The notes below the pieces were generated by a model. That model was not told the origin of the DNA, did not search any database, and saw only the letters and a list, made by a program, of their open reading frames with translations. Positions 7,233-14,286 of a stretch of 14,286 nucleotides of DNA are shown in pieces. The stretch is from an uncultured Gemmatimonadota bacterium (lineage in GTDB: Bacteria > SM23-81). The stretch covers positions 1 to 14,286 of the forward strand of contig CAZOYL010000051.1 in NCBI GenBank assembly GCA_964584035.1. The letters run 5' to 3'. The translations under genes and the position numbers were made by a program. Within the stretch, counting starts at the first letter, position 1. Each line of letters begins with the position of its first letter.

Positions 7233-8000
7233 TTACAGCAGCAAGGCGGCCAGTAGGTAATTCAGCAAGAAAATGGACAGGCACGAGGTCACCACGGCGT
7301 TCGTCGCCGCTCGTCCAACTCCTTCAGCCCCCCCTCCGGCGTGCAGACCATGATAACAGGATATCAGGGTCATCGACGTTCCAAAGATCAGAGCCTTGAT
7401 CAGACCATAGAAAATATCCCAGGGCACAAAATAGATCTTCATGCCCTTGACGAAATCGAAGTAGGAGATTTGTAAGCTGAGCACGGATGCGAACAGACCG
7501 CCCAGCAAGCCGATGACGTCGGCGAAAATGGTCAGTACAGGCAGCATGATCATGCCGGCGATCACCCGCGGCATGATCAGATAGGCAACCGGATCGATGG
7601 CCAGAGATTCCAGGGCGTCGATCTGCTCGGTGACCTTCATGGTCCCCAGTTCGGCGGCGATATTCGCCCCCACCCGCCCGGAAAGGACCAGCGCCGTCAG
7701 TACAGGTCCCAGCTCCAGCACCACCGATTCGGTGACCACGGACCCGACCAGATAGAGGGGCACATAGCTCTGAAACTGGTAGACGGCCTGCACGGAGGCG
7801 ACCATACCCATAAAGGCGGCCGTGAACACCACGATAGGCAGCGAGCGCACGCCGATGCTCATCATCTGGGCAAAAACAAGATGCGTATATCCGGGCAGAC
7901 GGACGACGGCTCGAACGGTGCTCAGTGCCAGAACTGTGAATCGATAGAGATGAGCGAAGAACAGAATAGTCAGCCGGCCCAGCCGATCGAAGATGGGCAT
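7233..8000 (-). CDS. mlaE: MlaE/YrbE-family ABC transporter permease, copy 1
   Basis: Start revised to ATG 8000 (or GTG 8006) after GAGGGGG, giving 255 aa. Motifs GVRSLP, ELGPVLTALVLSGRVGA.IAAELGTMKVTEQIDALE, PRV, GGAEGVGRA.T.AVV. Confidence 0.95.
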   Translation of the reverse strand: MPIFDRLGRLTILFFAHLYRFTVLALSTVRAVVRLPGYTHLVFAQMMSIGVRSLPIVVFTAAFMGMVASVQAVYQFQSYVPLYLVGSVVTESVVLELGPVLTALVLSGRVGANIAAELGTMKVTEQIDALESLAIDPVAYLIMPRVIAGMIMLPVLTIFADVIGLLGGLFASVLSLQISYFDFVKGMKIYFVPWDIFYGLIKALIFGTSMTLISCYHGLHAGGGAEGVGRAATNAVVTSCLSIFLLNYLLAALLL

Positions 8001-8002
8001 GC

Positions 8003-8065
8003 TCACCCCCTCTTCGGCCTGCCATCTCCCAATGGGCGGCACGGTGAAGGTTGGCAGCAGATCAT
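8003..8065 (-). CDS. Possible 20-aa Cys-containing mini-ORF (MICCQPSPCRPLGDGRPKRG) between the phosphatidyltransferase and mlaE
   Basis: The ATG directly follows the upstream TGA, in frame. Its TGA overlaps an in-frame GTG of mlaE (GTGA) and ends 2 nt before the mlaE ATG. No homology evidence. Confidence 0.2.
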   Translation of the reverse strand: MICCQPSPCRPLGDGRPKRG

Positions 8066-8635
8066 TCAGGAAGACTCTCCCAGGGCCTGAAAAAAGACCC
8101 TGGCGTAATCCCAGGTCGAGATCACCGCTGCGATCACCGCCGCGCCCATCAGCCAGGGCACCAGAATGCCCCAGCCGGCCAGATAGGCTACCACCATGGC
8201 AATCAGCAGATTGGTGGTGATCTTTCCCAGGAGACCCGATTTCTCGACCGTTTTTCGCCGCCGTGCCAGGAAGAGACCTCCCCACAGGATGGCCAGATCC
8301 CGAGGAATGATCACGGCCAGCATCCAGGCGGGAAAGTCGCGCATGACCGTGAGAACGATGAGCAACACCAGGACGAATATTTTATCGACGACCGGATCCA
8401 GAATCTTTCCCAGCTCGGAGACCTGGTTCAAGCGGCGGGCGGCAAATCCGTCCAGACCATCGCTCAACCATCCCAGGCAGACCAGCAGGATGGCCGCCAC
8501 CGGCACCGGGCCTTCCTTTCCCGCAAGCAGAAAGCAGATCGGCACTAGAAGCATCAGCCGGGCCAGACTCAACCCGTTGGCCAGGGTCAAGATGGGTGTC
8601 CGGCGGATCAATTGTCCAAGCTCGTTGAGGATCAT
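8066..8635 (-). CDS. CDP-alcohol phosphatidyltransferase (PgsA / eukaryote-type cardiolipin synthase family)
   Basis: 189 aa, hydrophobic. TLANGLSLARL and the family signature DGLDGFAARRLNQVSELGKILDPVVDK (DxxDGxxAR...GxxLDxxxD). Confidence 0.92.
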   Translation of the reverse strand: MILNELGQLIRRTPILTLANGLSLARLMLLVPICFLLAGKEGPVPVAAILLVCLGWLSDGLDGFAARRLNQVSELGKILDPVVDKIFVLVLLIVLTVMRDFPAWMLAVIIPRDLAILWGGLFLARRRKTVEKSGLLGKITTNLLIAMVVAYLAGWGILVPWLMGAAVIAAVISTWDYARVFFQALGESS

Positions 8636-8636
8636 A

Positions 8637-10358
8637 TCAGGAATTCGCCTGCGATCGATCCCGCCGGCGCATCATCTCCCGGGCGTGCTCCAACGTGATG
8701 GCCGTGATCTCTTTGCCGCCCATCATGCGGGCAATCTCACCTTCTCTCTCCCGGGTTTCCAGACGCCGGATGATCGTTTCGGTGCGTCCTCCCCGTTGTT
8801 TTTTGGAGACATAATAGTGCTGGCGGGCCAGACAGGCAATCTGGTGCAGGTGCGTGATACAGAGCACCTGATGCGTGTTGCCTAAAGACCGCAGGGCCTG
8901 ACCGACGGCCTCGGCCACCTGACCTCCGATGCCGACATCGATCTCGTCGAAGATCAGCAGCGGTACCTGATCGGCGCTGGCCAGGATGGATTTCATGGCC
9001 AGCATGATGCGGGAGATCTCCCCTCCCGAGGCGATCTTGGACAGAGGCCGGAGACCCTCTCCGGGATTTGGAGAGATGAGAAACTGGACCTGATCTATCC
9101 CGCCGGTATCGCAGCGGTATCGGCCGCGCTCGGTCTGCGCCCAGCCCAGCTCATCAGCCTGTTGCTGAATGTATACTGAAAACCGCGTGCCCGGCATACC
9201 CAGTTCCTTGAGCCGCTTTTCCACTTCCCGGCTCAGGTCACCGGAGACGCGTCCCCGGGAAGCGGACAATTCTTCGCAGAGGCGCCCCAGGGACTGTTCC
9301 TGTTCTCGAATCTCTTCTTGGATTTTATCCAGACGCTTCTCGCCGGTGGTCAACGCCTCCAGCTCTCCTTCGATGTCATGCTGCCGCTGCTTTACAGCGG
9401 AGATGGAGCCGCCATGTTTCCGCTTGAGCCGCTGCAATTCATCGATCCGTTCGACGATCTCGGACAGCCGCTGGGGGTCGGGCTGGAGAGATTTCAGGTG
9501 ATTCCGTAATTCAAGGGACAGCTCCTCCAGCTGATAGATCATGTCGGCGCAGGCGCTGTTTTTTTCTCCCAGGACGGCATCGATACGGGACAGTTTCTCC
9601 AGCCGGCTTCGGACTCCGGAAAGCCCGCTGATGACTGAATCATCATTTTCAAATAGAATACTGTAAGCCGATTTCAGGCCTTCGAATAATTCCTCGGCAT
9701 GTTCCAGGATACGTCGCTCTTTCTCCAGGTTTTCATCTTCGCCCTGTTCAGGATGACACCGTTCGATCTCCGCCAGCTGATATTCGAGAAATTCCCGTCG
9801 ATCGCGCCGGAGCTGGATATCTCCGGTCAGCCCGGTTTCCTCCTGATGAAGTTTTTCCAGTATCCGGTAGTGTTCTCGGACCTGTTCTCTGAGGGATCGG
9901 AGCTCTCCGTAATCATCCAGGAGATAGAGATGATGGCCCGGGCGCAGGAGAGATTGATGATCATGCTGACCGTGCAGATCGACCAGCAGGTCCCCAACTT
10001 CTTTCAACTGCGAAACCGTCAGACGGGAGCCGTTTAAAAAAGCCTTGCTGTCTCCCTTCTGTGAGACCATCCGTTTGAGAATAACCAGTCCATTCTCGGT
10101 TTCCAGACCCATGTCATCGAGATGCTCGATCAGCATGCGGCGAGCGGAAAGATCGAATACTCCCTCCACAATGGTCGACCGGGCCCCCTGCCGAACCATA
10201 TGAACGCCGGCCCGCTCTCCCAATAACAAACCGATGGCACCCACCAGGATCGATTTCCCGGCGCCGGTTGAGCCGGTGAGAACGGTCAGCCCCTCCTCCA
10301 GGTCCAGGTGCAATTCCTTGAGCAGGGCGAAATTCTGAACGGTCAGCTGTTTCAGCAT
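8637..10358 (-). CDS. recN: DNA repair protein RecN (SMC-like ATPase)
   Basis: 573 aa. ML.QL.VQNFAL, Walker A GSTGAGKS, LHGQHDHQSLL, coiled coil, KIASGGEISRIMLA, IFDEID.GIGG, QVLCITHL.QIA, EIARMMGG. Confidence 0.97.
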   Translation of the reverse strand: MLKQLTVQNFALLKELHLDLEEGLTVLTGSTGAGKSILVGAIGLLLGERAGVHMVRQGARSTIVEGVFDLSARRMLIEHLDDMGLETENGLVILKRMVSQKGDSKAFLNGSRLTVSQLKEVGDLLVDLHGQHDHQSLLRPGHHLYLLDDYGELRSLREQVREHYRILEKLHQEETGLTGDIQLRRDRREFLEYQLAEIERCHPEQGEDENLEKERRILEHAEELFEGLKSAYSILFENDDSVISGLSGVRSRLEKLSRIDAVLGEKNSACADMIYQLEELSLELRNHLKSLQPDPQRLSEIVERIDELQRLKRKHGGSISAVKQRQHDIEGELEALTTGEKRLDKIQEEIREQEQSLGRLCEELSASRGRVSGDLSREVEKRLKELGMPGTRFSVYIQQQADELGWAQTERGRYRCDTGGIDQVQFLISPNPGEGLRPLSKIASGGEISRIMLAMKSILASADQVPLLIFDEIDVGIGGQVAEAVGQALRSLGNTHQVLCITHLHQIACLARQHYYVSKKQRGGRTETIIRRLETREREGEIARMMGGKEITAITLEHAREMMRRRDRSQANS

Positions 10359-11224
10359 CAGTGATCTTCTTCGGTGGCGGGCTTAATTCCCCACTTGAGC
10401 TTGGTGCGTAAGATCTCGTAAAAAGATTTGTCCCCCACCCGGACCAGTTTCAAGGTTGGCACCGCCGCACGGGCCGTCATTACATCGCCGGAACGAAGGC
10501 GATGGCTTTCCTGACCATCGACGTTAAACGTCATCTTGTCATGATCCGAGATCACCTCGACCTTCAAAACCTCATCGTGATCGATGACCAGGGGACGCAC
10601 CGCCAGGGAATGAGGGCAGATGGGAGTGGCCACGATGGCTCTCATTTTAGGATTCATGATGGGACCGCCGGCAGAGAGAGAATAAGCCGTTGAACCCGTC
10701 GGGGTGGATATGATCACCCCATCGGCCTTGTAGGAGCCGACGAAATGTCCGTCGATCCAGACGTGGAGCTCGATCACCCGGGAGATGCCGCCCTTGTCGA
10801 TAACCATGTCATTGAGCGCGTAGTGCCAGTGGCCGGTTTCTCCGATGCGGGCTTTCAGCAACATACGCTCCTCGATGGAATGCTTTCCGTTGAAAATCTT
10901 TCTCATGGCCCTGTAGAGATCCCTGGGCACCACCTCGGCGAGAAATCCCAGAGTCCCCAGATTGACACCCAGAACAGGCACATCACGGGAGGCTAAAATG
11001 CGAGCGGCATTGAGGATGGTGCCATCGCCTCCAATGGCTACGACCAGCTGAGCACATTTTCTGAATTCGACCAGCGAATAAGCCTTCTGTCCACGCTCCG
11101 ACCAGGACGAGAGCTCCTCCGGGAGTATTGCCTGATGTCCCTGGTCCGGTAGCCACTTGAGCAATTCCCGGACGACGTCCTGGCTTCCTTTCTTTTTGGT
11201 ATTGGCAAGAATGCCCACCTTCAT
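10358..11224 (-). CDS. nadK: NAD kinase
   Basis: Start revised to ATG 11224 (ATGA overlap with the dxs stop), giving 288 aa. GGDGT, GVNLGTLGFL, ALND, DGVIISTPTGSTAYSLSAGGPI, PICPHSL, VDG. Its stop overlaps the recN start (TGATG). Confidence 0.96.
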   Translation of the reverse strand: MKVGILANTKKKGSQDVVRELLKWLPDQGHQAILPEELSSWSERGQKAYSLVEFRKCAQLVVAIGGDGTILNAARILASRDVPVLGVNLGTLGFLAEVVPRDLYRAMRKIFNGKHSIEERMLLKARIGETGHWHYALNDMVIDKGGISRVIELHVWIDGHFVGSYKADGVIISTPTGSTAYSLSAGGPIMNPKMRAIVATPICPHSLAVRPLVIDHDEVLKVEVISDHDKMTFNVDGQESHRLRSGDVMTARAAVPTLKLVRVGDKSFYEILRTKLKWGIKPATEEDH

Positions 11225-13116
11225 TTGGTTTTGAGCTCCTCTTGAATTCTTCTGCAGATTCCGGCAACATCCATGTCCAGCGCCGTCAACAGCCGATCTC
11301 TGGCGCCGTGCTCGATGAAACGATCCGGCAGGCCGATGCACGAGACAGACACCTCCCGAATGTGTTCCCGTTCGTAGAACTCCATCACAGCAGCCCCGAA
11401 TCCTCCGGCCAGGACGTTCTCCTCTATGGTGATCAGATGCTTATGGCGGCCGGCAAGGTCTCTCAGCATAGATTCATCTAATGGCTTAACAAAACGGCTA
11501 TTTATAACAGTCGCTTCAATTGTATTCTGAGCTAAGGCCTGAGCGGCCTTAAGGGCCGGATAGACCATCGATCCAACCGCTAAAATGGCGACATCGGCGC
11601 CCTCTTGAAGCATCTCCCAGGTGCCGATATCGATCAGGTGCAATCTCGGGGACAGGTCCGCTCCTTCTCCGCTGCCACGGGGATAGCGCAGGGCCACGGG
11701 ACCCTTTTCATAACGAATGGCCGTTTTCAGGAGATGGCGCAGCTCATCCTCGTCCTTGGGCGCCATGATGACCATGTTGGGAATCTGCCGCAGCATGCTC
11801 AGATCCAGGAGACCATGGTGCGTGGGGCCATCCTCGCCCACCAATCCCCCGCGGTCGATGGCGAATACCACCGGCAGGCACTGCAGGGATACGTCGTGAA
11901 CGATCTGGTCGAAGGCTCGCTGGAGAAAGGTGGAATAAATGGCCACCACCGGCCTCATGCCCTGACAGGCCAGACCGGCGGCGAAGGTCACGGCATGCTC
12001 CTCGGCGATCCCCACATCGAAGAAGCGACCTGGGTATCGACGGGCGAACTCGGTCAAACCCGTCCCGATGGACATGGCGGCCGTGATGGCGATGAGGTTT
12101 TTATCCCGGGCCGCCAGCCGTACCATGGTATTTCCGAACACCTCGGTATATGAGGGAACCTGTTTTCGCTTTTTCACGGTTCCGTTGATCTTCTCGAAAG
12201 CCCCGATACCGTGAAATTTCGAGGCATCCTCCTCGGCGAAGCGATATCCCCGGCCCTTTTTGGTGATCACATGCAGAAGAATCGGACCGGAGATACCCTT
12301 GATCTGCTTGAGTGTTCTGATCATCTGAGTATAATTATGACCATCGATGGGTCCGAAATATCTGAAGCCGAGCGCTTCGAAGACCATCCCGGGAACCAGA
12401 AATGTCTTGACGCTTTCTTCCATACGGTGCGCCAGGGTTCTCAGGCGCCGGCCCACCCGGGACATTTTTCCGGTCATCAGCCAGATATCATCCTTTAGAC
12501 GGTTATACAGCGGATTGGTGATCAAATCGGTCAAATAGGTGGACAGGGCGCCCACGTTCTTCGATATGCTCATGGTATTGTCGTTGAGCACCACCACCAG
12601 GTCTTTTCCCAGAGCACCGGCATTGTTCAATCCCTCGAAGGCCAGACCGCCCGTCATGGAACCGTCACCGATGACGGCCACCACCCGAAACTTCTCTCCG
12701 GCCAGATCCCGGGCACAGGCGATGCCCAGAGCCGAGGAGATCGATGTAGAGGCATGCCCGGCATTGAAGACGTCATACTGGCTCTCGCTTTGTTTGCAAA
12801 AACCGCTGATGCCGCCGTACTGCCTGAGAGTGTCGAACCTTTCTTTCCGTCCGGTGATCAACTTATGGGCGTAAGCCTGGTGACCGACATCCCAAATGAT
12901 TTTATCCCGAGGCGTATCGAAAATATAATGCAGCGCGATGGTCAACTCCACCGCTCCGAGACTGGGCGCCAGGTGTCCTCCGTGTTGAGAAACGACGGAT
13001 ATGATCCGGTCCCGGATCTCGCCGGAGAGGATGACCAGCTCCGGAATGGAGAGCTTGCGAATATCCTCGGGACTGTCGACACGGTCGATGATCGGATTTT
13101 TCTCGGGCAAATCCAT
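11221..13116 (-). CDS. dxs: 1-deoxy-D-xylulose-5-phosphate synthase
   Basis: 631 aa. GGHLAPSLG.VELT, WDVGHQAY.HK, GHASTSIS, TPP motif GDGSMTGG...LNDN, DVGIAEEHAV, YSTFLQRAFDQ, DRGGLVGEDGPTH, RYPRG. Confidence 0.98.
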   Translation of the reverse strand: MDLPEKNPIIDRVDSPEDIRKLSIPELVILSGEIRDRIISVVSQHGGHLAPSLGAVELTIALHYIFDTPRDKIIWDVGHQAYAHKLITGRKERFDTLRQYGGISGFCKQSESQYDVFNAGHASTSISSALGIACARDLAGEKFRVVAVIGDGSMTGGLAFEGLNNAGALGKDLVVVLNDNTMSISKNVGALSTYLTDLITNPLYNRLKDDIWLMTGKMSRVGRRLRTLAHRMEESVKTFLVPGMVFEALGFRYFGPIDGHNYTQMIRTLKQIKGISGPILLHVITKKGRGYRFAEEDASKFHGIGAFEKINGTVKKRKQVPSYTEVFGNTMVRLAARDKNLIAITAAMSIGTGLTEFARRYPGRFFDVGIAEEHAVTFAAGLACQGMRPVVAIYSTFLQRAFDQIVHDVSLQCLPVVFAIDRGGLVGEDGPTHHGLLDLSMLRQIPNMVIMAPKDEDELRHLLKTAIRYEKGPVALRYPRGSGEGADLSPRLHLIDIGTWEMLQEGADVAILAVGSMVYPALKAAQALAQNTIEATVINSRFVKPLDESMLRDLAGRHKHLITIEENVLAGGFGAAVMEFYEREHIREVSVSCIGLPDRFIEHGARDRLLTALDMDVAGICRRIQEELKTK

Positions 13117-13126
13117 TTTCGCTTTC

Positions 13127-13993
13127 CTATTTCACGCGATGGACGATGAAATCGGCCATCTTATAGAGCCGCTGCGCTTCGGGACCAAACGGCGACCGGA
13201 ATTCCTTGGCCTCGGCGATCAATCCAAGGGCCTGGTCCTTGGAATTCTCCAGACCAAAGACGCGCGGATAGGTCGCCTTCTGATGATGGGCATCCATGCC
13301 CACCTGTTTTCCCAGCATCTCTTCGCTTCCTTCTACATCCAGGATGTCGTCGATGATCTGGAAAGCCAGCCCTACTCTTTCACCATACTGAGAAAGTGCC
13401 CGCAGCGCTGCCTCGTCCGCTCGACCGCAGACGGCACCCGCCCGGATGGCCGTGGTGATGAGCACGCCGGTTTTGTGGCGATGGATGAATTCTATATCCT
13501 CCGGGGAAAGCTCCTGGCCTTCAGATTCCAGATCTACCGTCTGTCCCCCGATCATGCCCCGGGAGCCAATGGCCCGGGCCACCTCTTCGGTCAGCGAGGC
13601 CGGTGCGGTCGAGGCCAGGATTTCGAAGGCCAGGGCGTGCAAGGCATCGCCCGCCAGAACGGCGATGCCCTCTGGAAAAGCTTTATGCAGGGTCGGCTTT
13701 CCACGTCGAACATCATCATCGTCCATGCAGGGGAGATCGTCGTGAATCAATGAGTAGGTGTGGATCATCTCCAGGGCGCAGGCCGGGTCGAGAGCGTCCT
13801 CTTCACGTCCTCCCGCCAAAAGTGCCGTAATCAGGGTCAAGATAGGTCTGATCCGTTTGCCGCCGGCGAAAATGCTATAACGCATGGCTCGGTGGACCGA
13901 ATGGGGACGCTCATCCTGCCCGGGCAGTAGCTCTTCAAGACGACCGTTGATCAGGCTGGCCTGACGGCGGAGGTACTCTGAGAACTCCATCAT
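13127..13993 (-). CDS. ispA: Short-chain polyprenyl diphosphate synthase (FPP/GGPP synthase)
   Basis: GGKRIRP, FARM HTYSLIHDDLPCMDDDDVRRGKPT, GGQ..D, HKTG, SARM FQIIDDILD, KATYP. The Tyr five residues before the FARM points to a short-chain product. Start at 13993 or 13990, overlapping the xseB stop. Confidence 0.95.
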   Translation of the reverse strand: MMEFSEYLRRQASLINGRLEELLPGQDERPHSVHRAMRYSIFAGGKRIRPILTLITALLAGGREEDALDPACALEMIHTYSLIHDDLPCMDDDDVRRGKPTLHKAFPEGIAVLAGDALHALAFEILASTAPASLTEEVARAIGSRGMIGGQTVDLESEGQELSPEDIEFIHRHKTGVLITTAIRAGAVCGRADEAALRALSQYGERVGLAFQIIDDILDVEGSEEMLGKQVGMDAHHQKATYPRVFGLENSKDQALGLIAEAKEFRSPFGPEAQRLYKMADFIVHRVK

Positions 13994-14280
13994 TCCGACT
14001 CACCTTCATTCTGGCCTTTACGATCCTCATCTGCTTCGACTTCACCTGTGTTCTCTTCCTGACGATCTTCGGCCGACTCGAATATCTCGACGGTTTGCTG
14101 TGAAAGTCTGTGGATCTTTTTTTCCGCTTGCTGCAGCCGGCGGCCGCACAGCTTGACCAGAGATATTCCCTGTTCGAATGCCTGAATGGCTTCTTCCAGA
14201 GGAAGCTGTCCCCCCTCCAGACGTGAGACAATGTTTTCCAGACGTTCCAGTGCCTCTTCGAAGGTGGGCTTATTATCCAA
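13990..14280 (-). CDS. xseB: Exodeoxyribonuclease VII small subunit with acidic C-terminal tail
   Basis: TFEEALERLENIVSRLEGGQLPLEEAIQAFEQGISL...C...L..AEKKI. The TTG start is only 6 nt from the window edge, so it is unverified. Confidence 0.93.
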   Translation of the reverse strand: MDNKPTFEEALERLENIVSRLEGGQLPLEEAIQAFEQGISLVKLCGRRLQQAEKKIHRLSQQTVEIFESAEDRQEENTGEVEADEDRKGQNEGESE

Positions 14281-14286
14281 GCGACC

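Noticed and set aside
8007..8285. Long N-terminal extension of MlaE in the ORF track
   Set aside because: It overlaps the phosphatidyltransferase. MlaE similarity and the SD begin at about 8000.
10250..10280. RecN Walker A reads GSTGAGKS instead of the usual GETGAGKS
   Set aside because: The change is at a variable x position. GKS, the signature and Walker B are intact.
11225..11341. N-terminal extension of NAD kinase
   Set aside because: It lies inside dxs. ATG 11224 gives the typical MKVGI start with an ATGA overlap.
11495..11510. CGGC-TATTTATA-ACAG, resembling a gammaproteobacterial LexA box upstream of nadK-recN
   Set aside because: Only one half-site matches CTGT-N8-ACAG, and the LexA motif of this lineage is unknown.
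215..13830. Many plus-strand ORFs (e.g. 415-1065, 4118-4765, 8196-8885, 13001-13753) and alternate-frame minus ORFs (e.g. 7324-8025)
   Set aside because: They are shadows of well-supported genes in GC-rich DNA, with no recognisable motifs.
8066..13993. Archaeal-type ether lipid pathway (ispA plus CDP-alcohol transferase)
   Set aside because: No GGGP synthase, DGGGP synthase or CarS is in the window, and ispA-dxs is ordinary bacterial synteny.
1..14286. CRISPR arrays, tRNA/rRNA, IS elements, inteins, DGR or other phage-defence systems
   Set aside because: I saw no repeat-spacer pattern, RNA-gene structure, transposase, integrase or reverse-transcriptase motifs, and DnaB has normal length.

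Overview
All credible genes lie on the minus strand of this GC-rich housekeeping and envelope region. The bacterium is diderm, and the Smg/DUF494, MlaE and Wzi-like proteins suggest an FCB-group or related candidate phylum (inference only). In transcription order the genes are xseB, ispA, dxs, nadK, recN, a PgsA-family CDP-alcohol phosphatidyltransferase, mlaE, mlaD (MCE), a radical SAM/SPASM-twitch enzyme, a Wzi-like outer-membrane barrel with an SLH-like N-terminus, an AT-rich promoter gap, smg (DUF494), a family-4 uracil-DNA glycosylase, dnaB and a second mlaE cut by the window edge. Many junctions have TGATG, ATGA or GTGA start/stop overlaps. The best candidate for an undescribed system is the five-gene block pgsA-like/mlaE/mlaD/radical SAM/OM barrel, which has no mlaF and could make, modify and traffic a lipid. 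Smaller oddities are two mini-ORFs that fill intergenic gaps almost exactly, a sharply AT-rich codon patch inside dxs, and a repeated 11-mer in tandem promoter candidates. No RNA genes, CRISPR arrays or mobile elements were seen.
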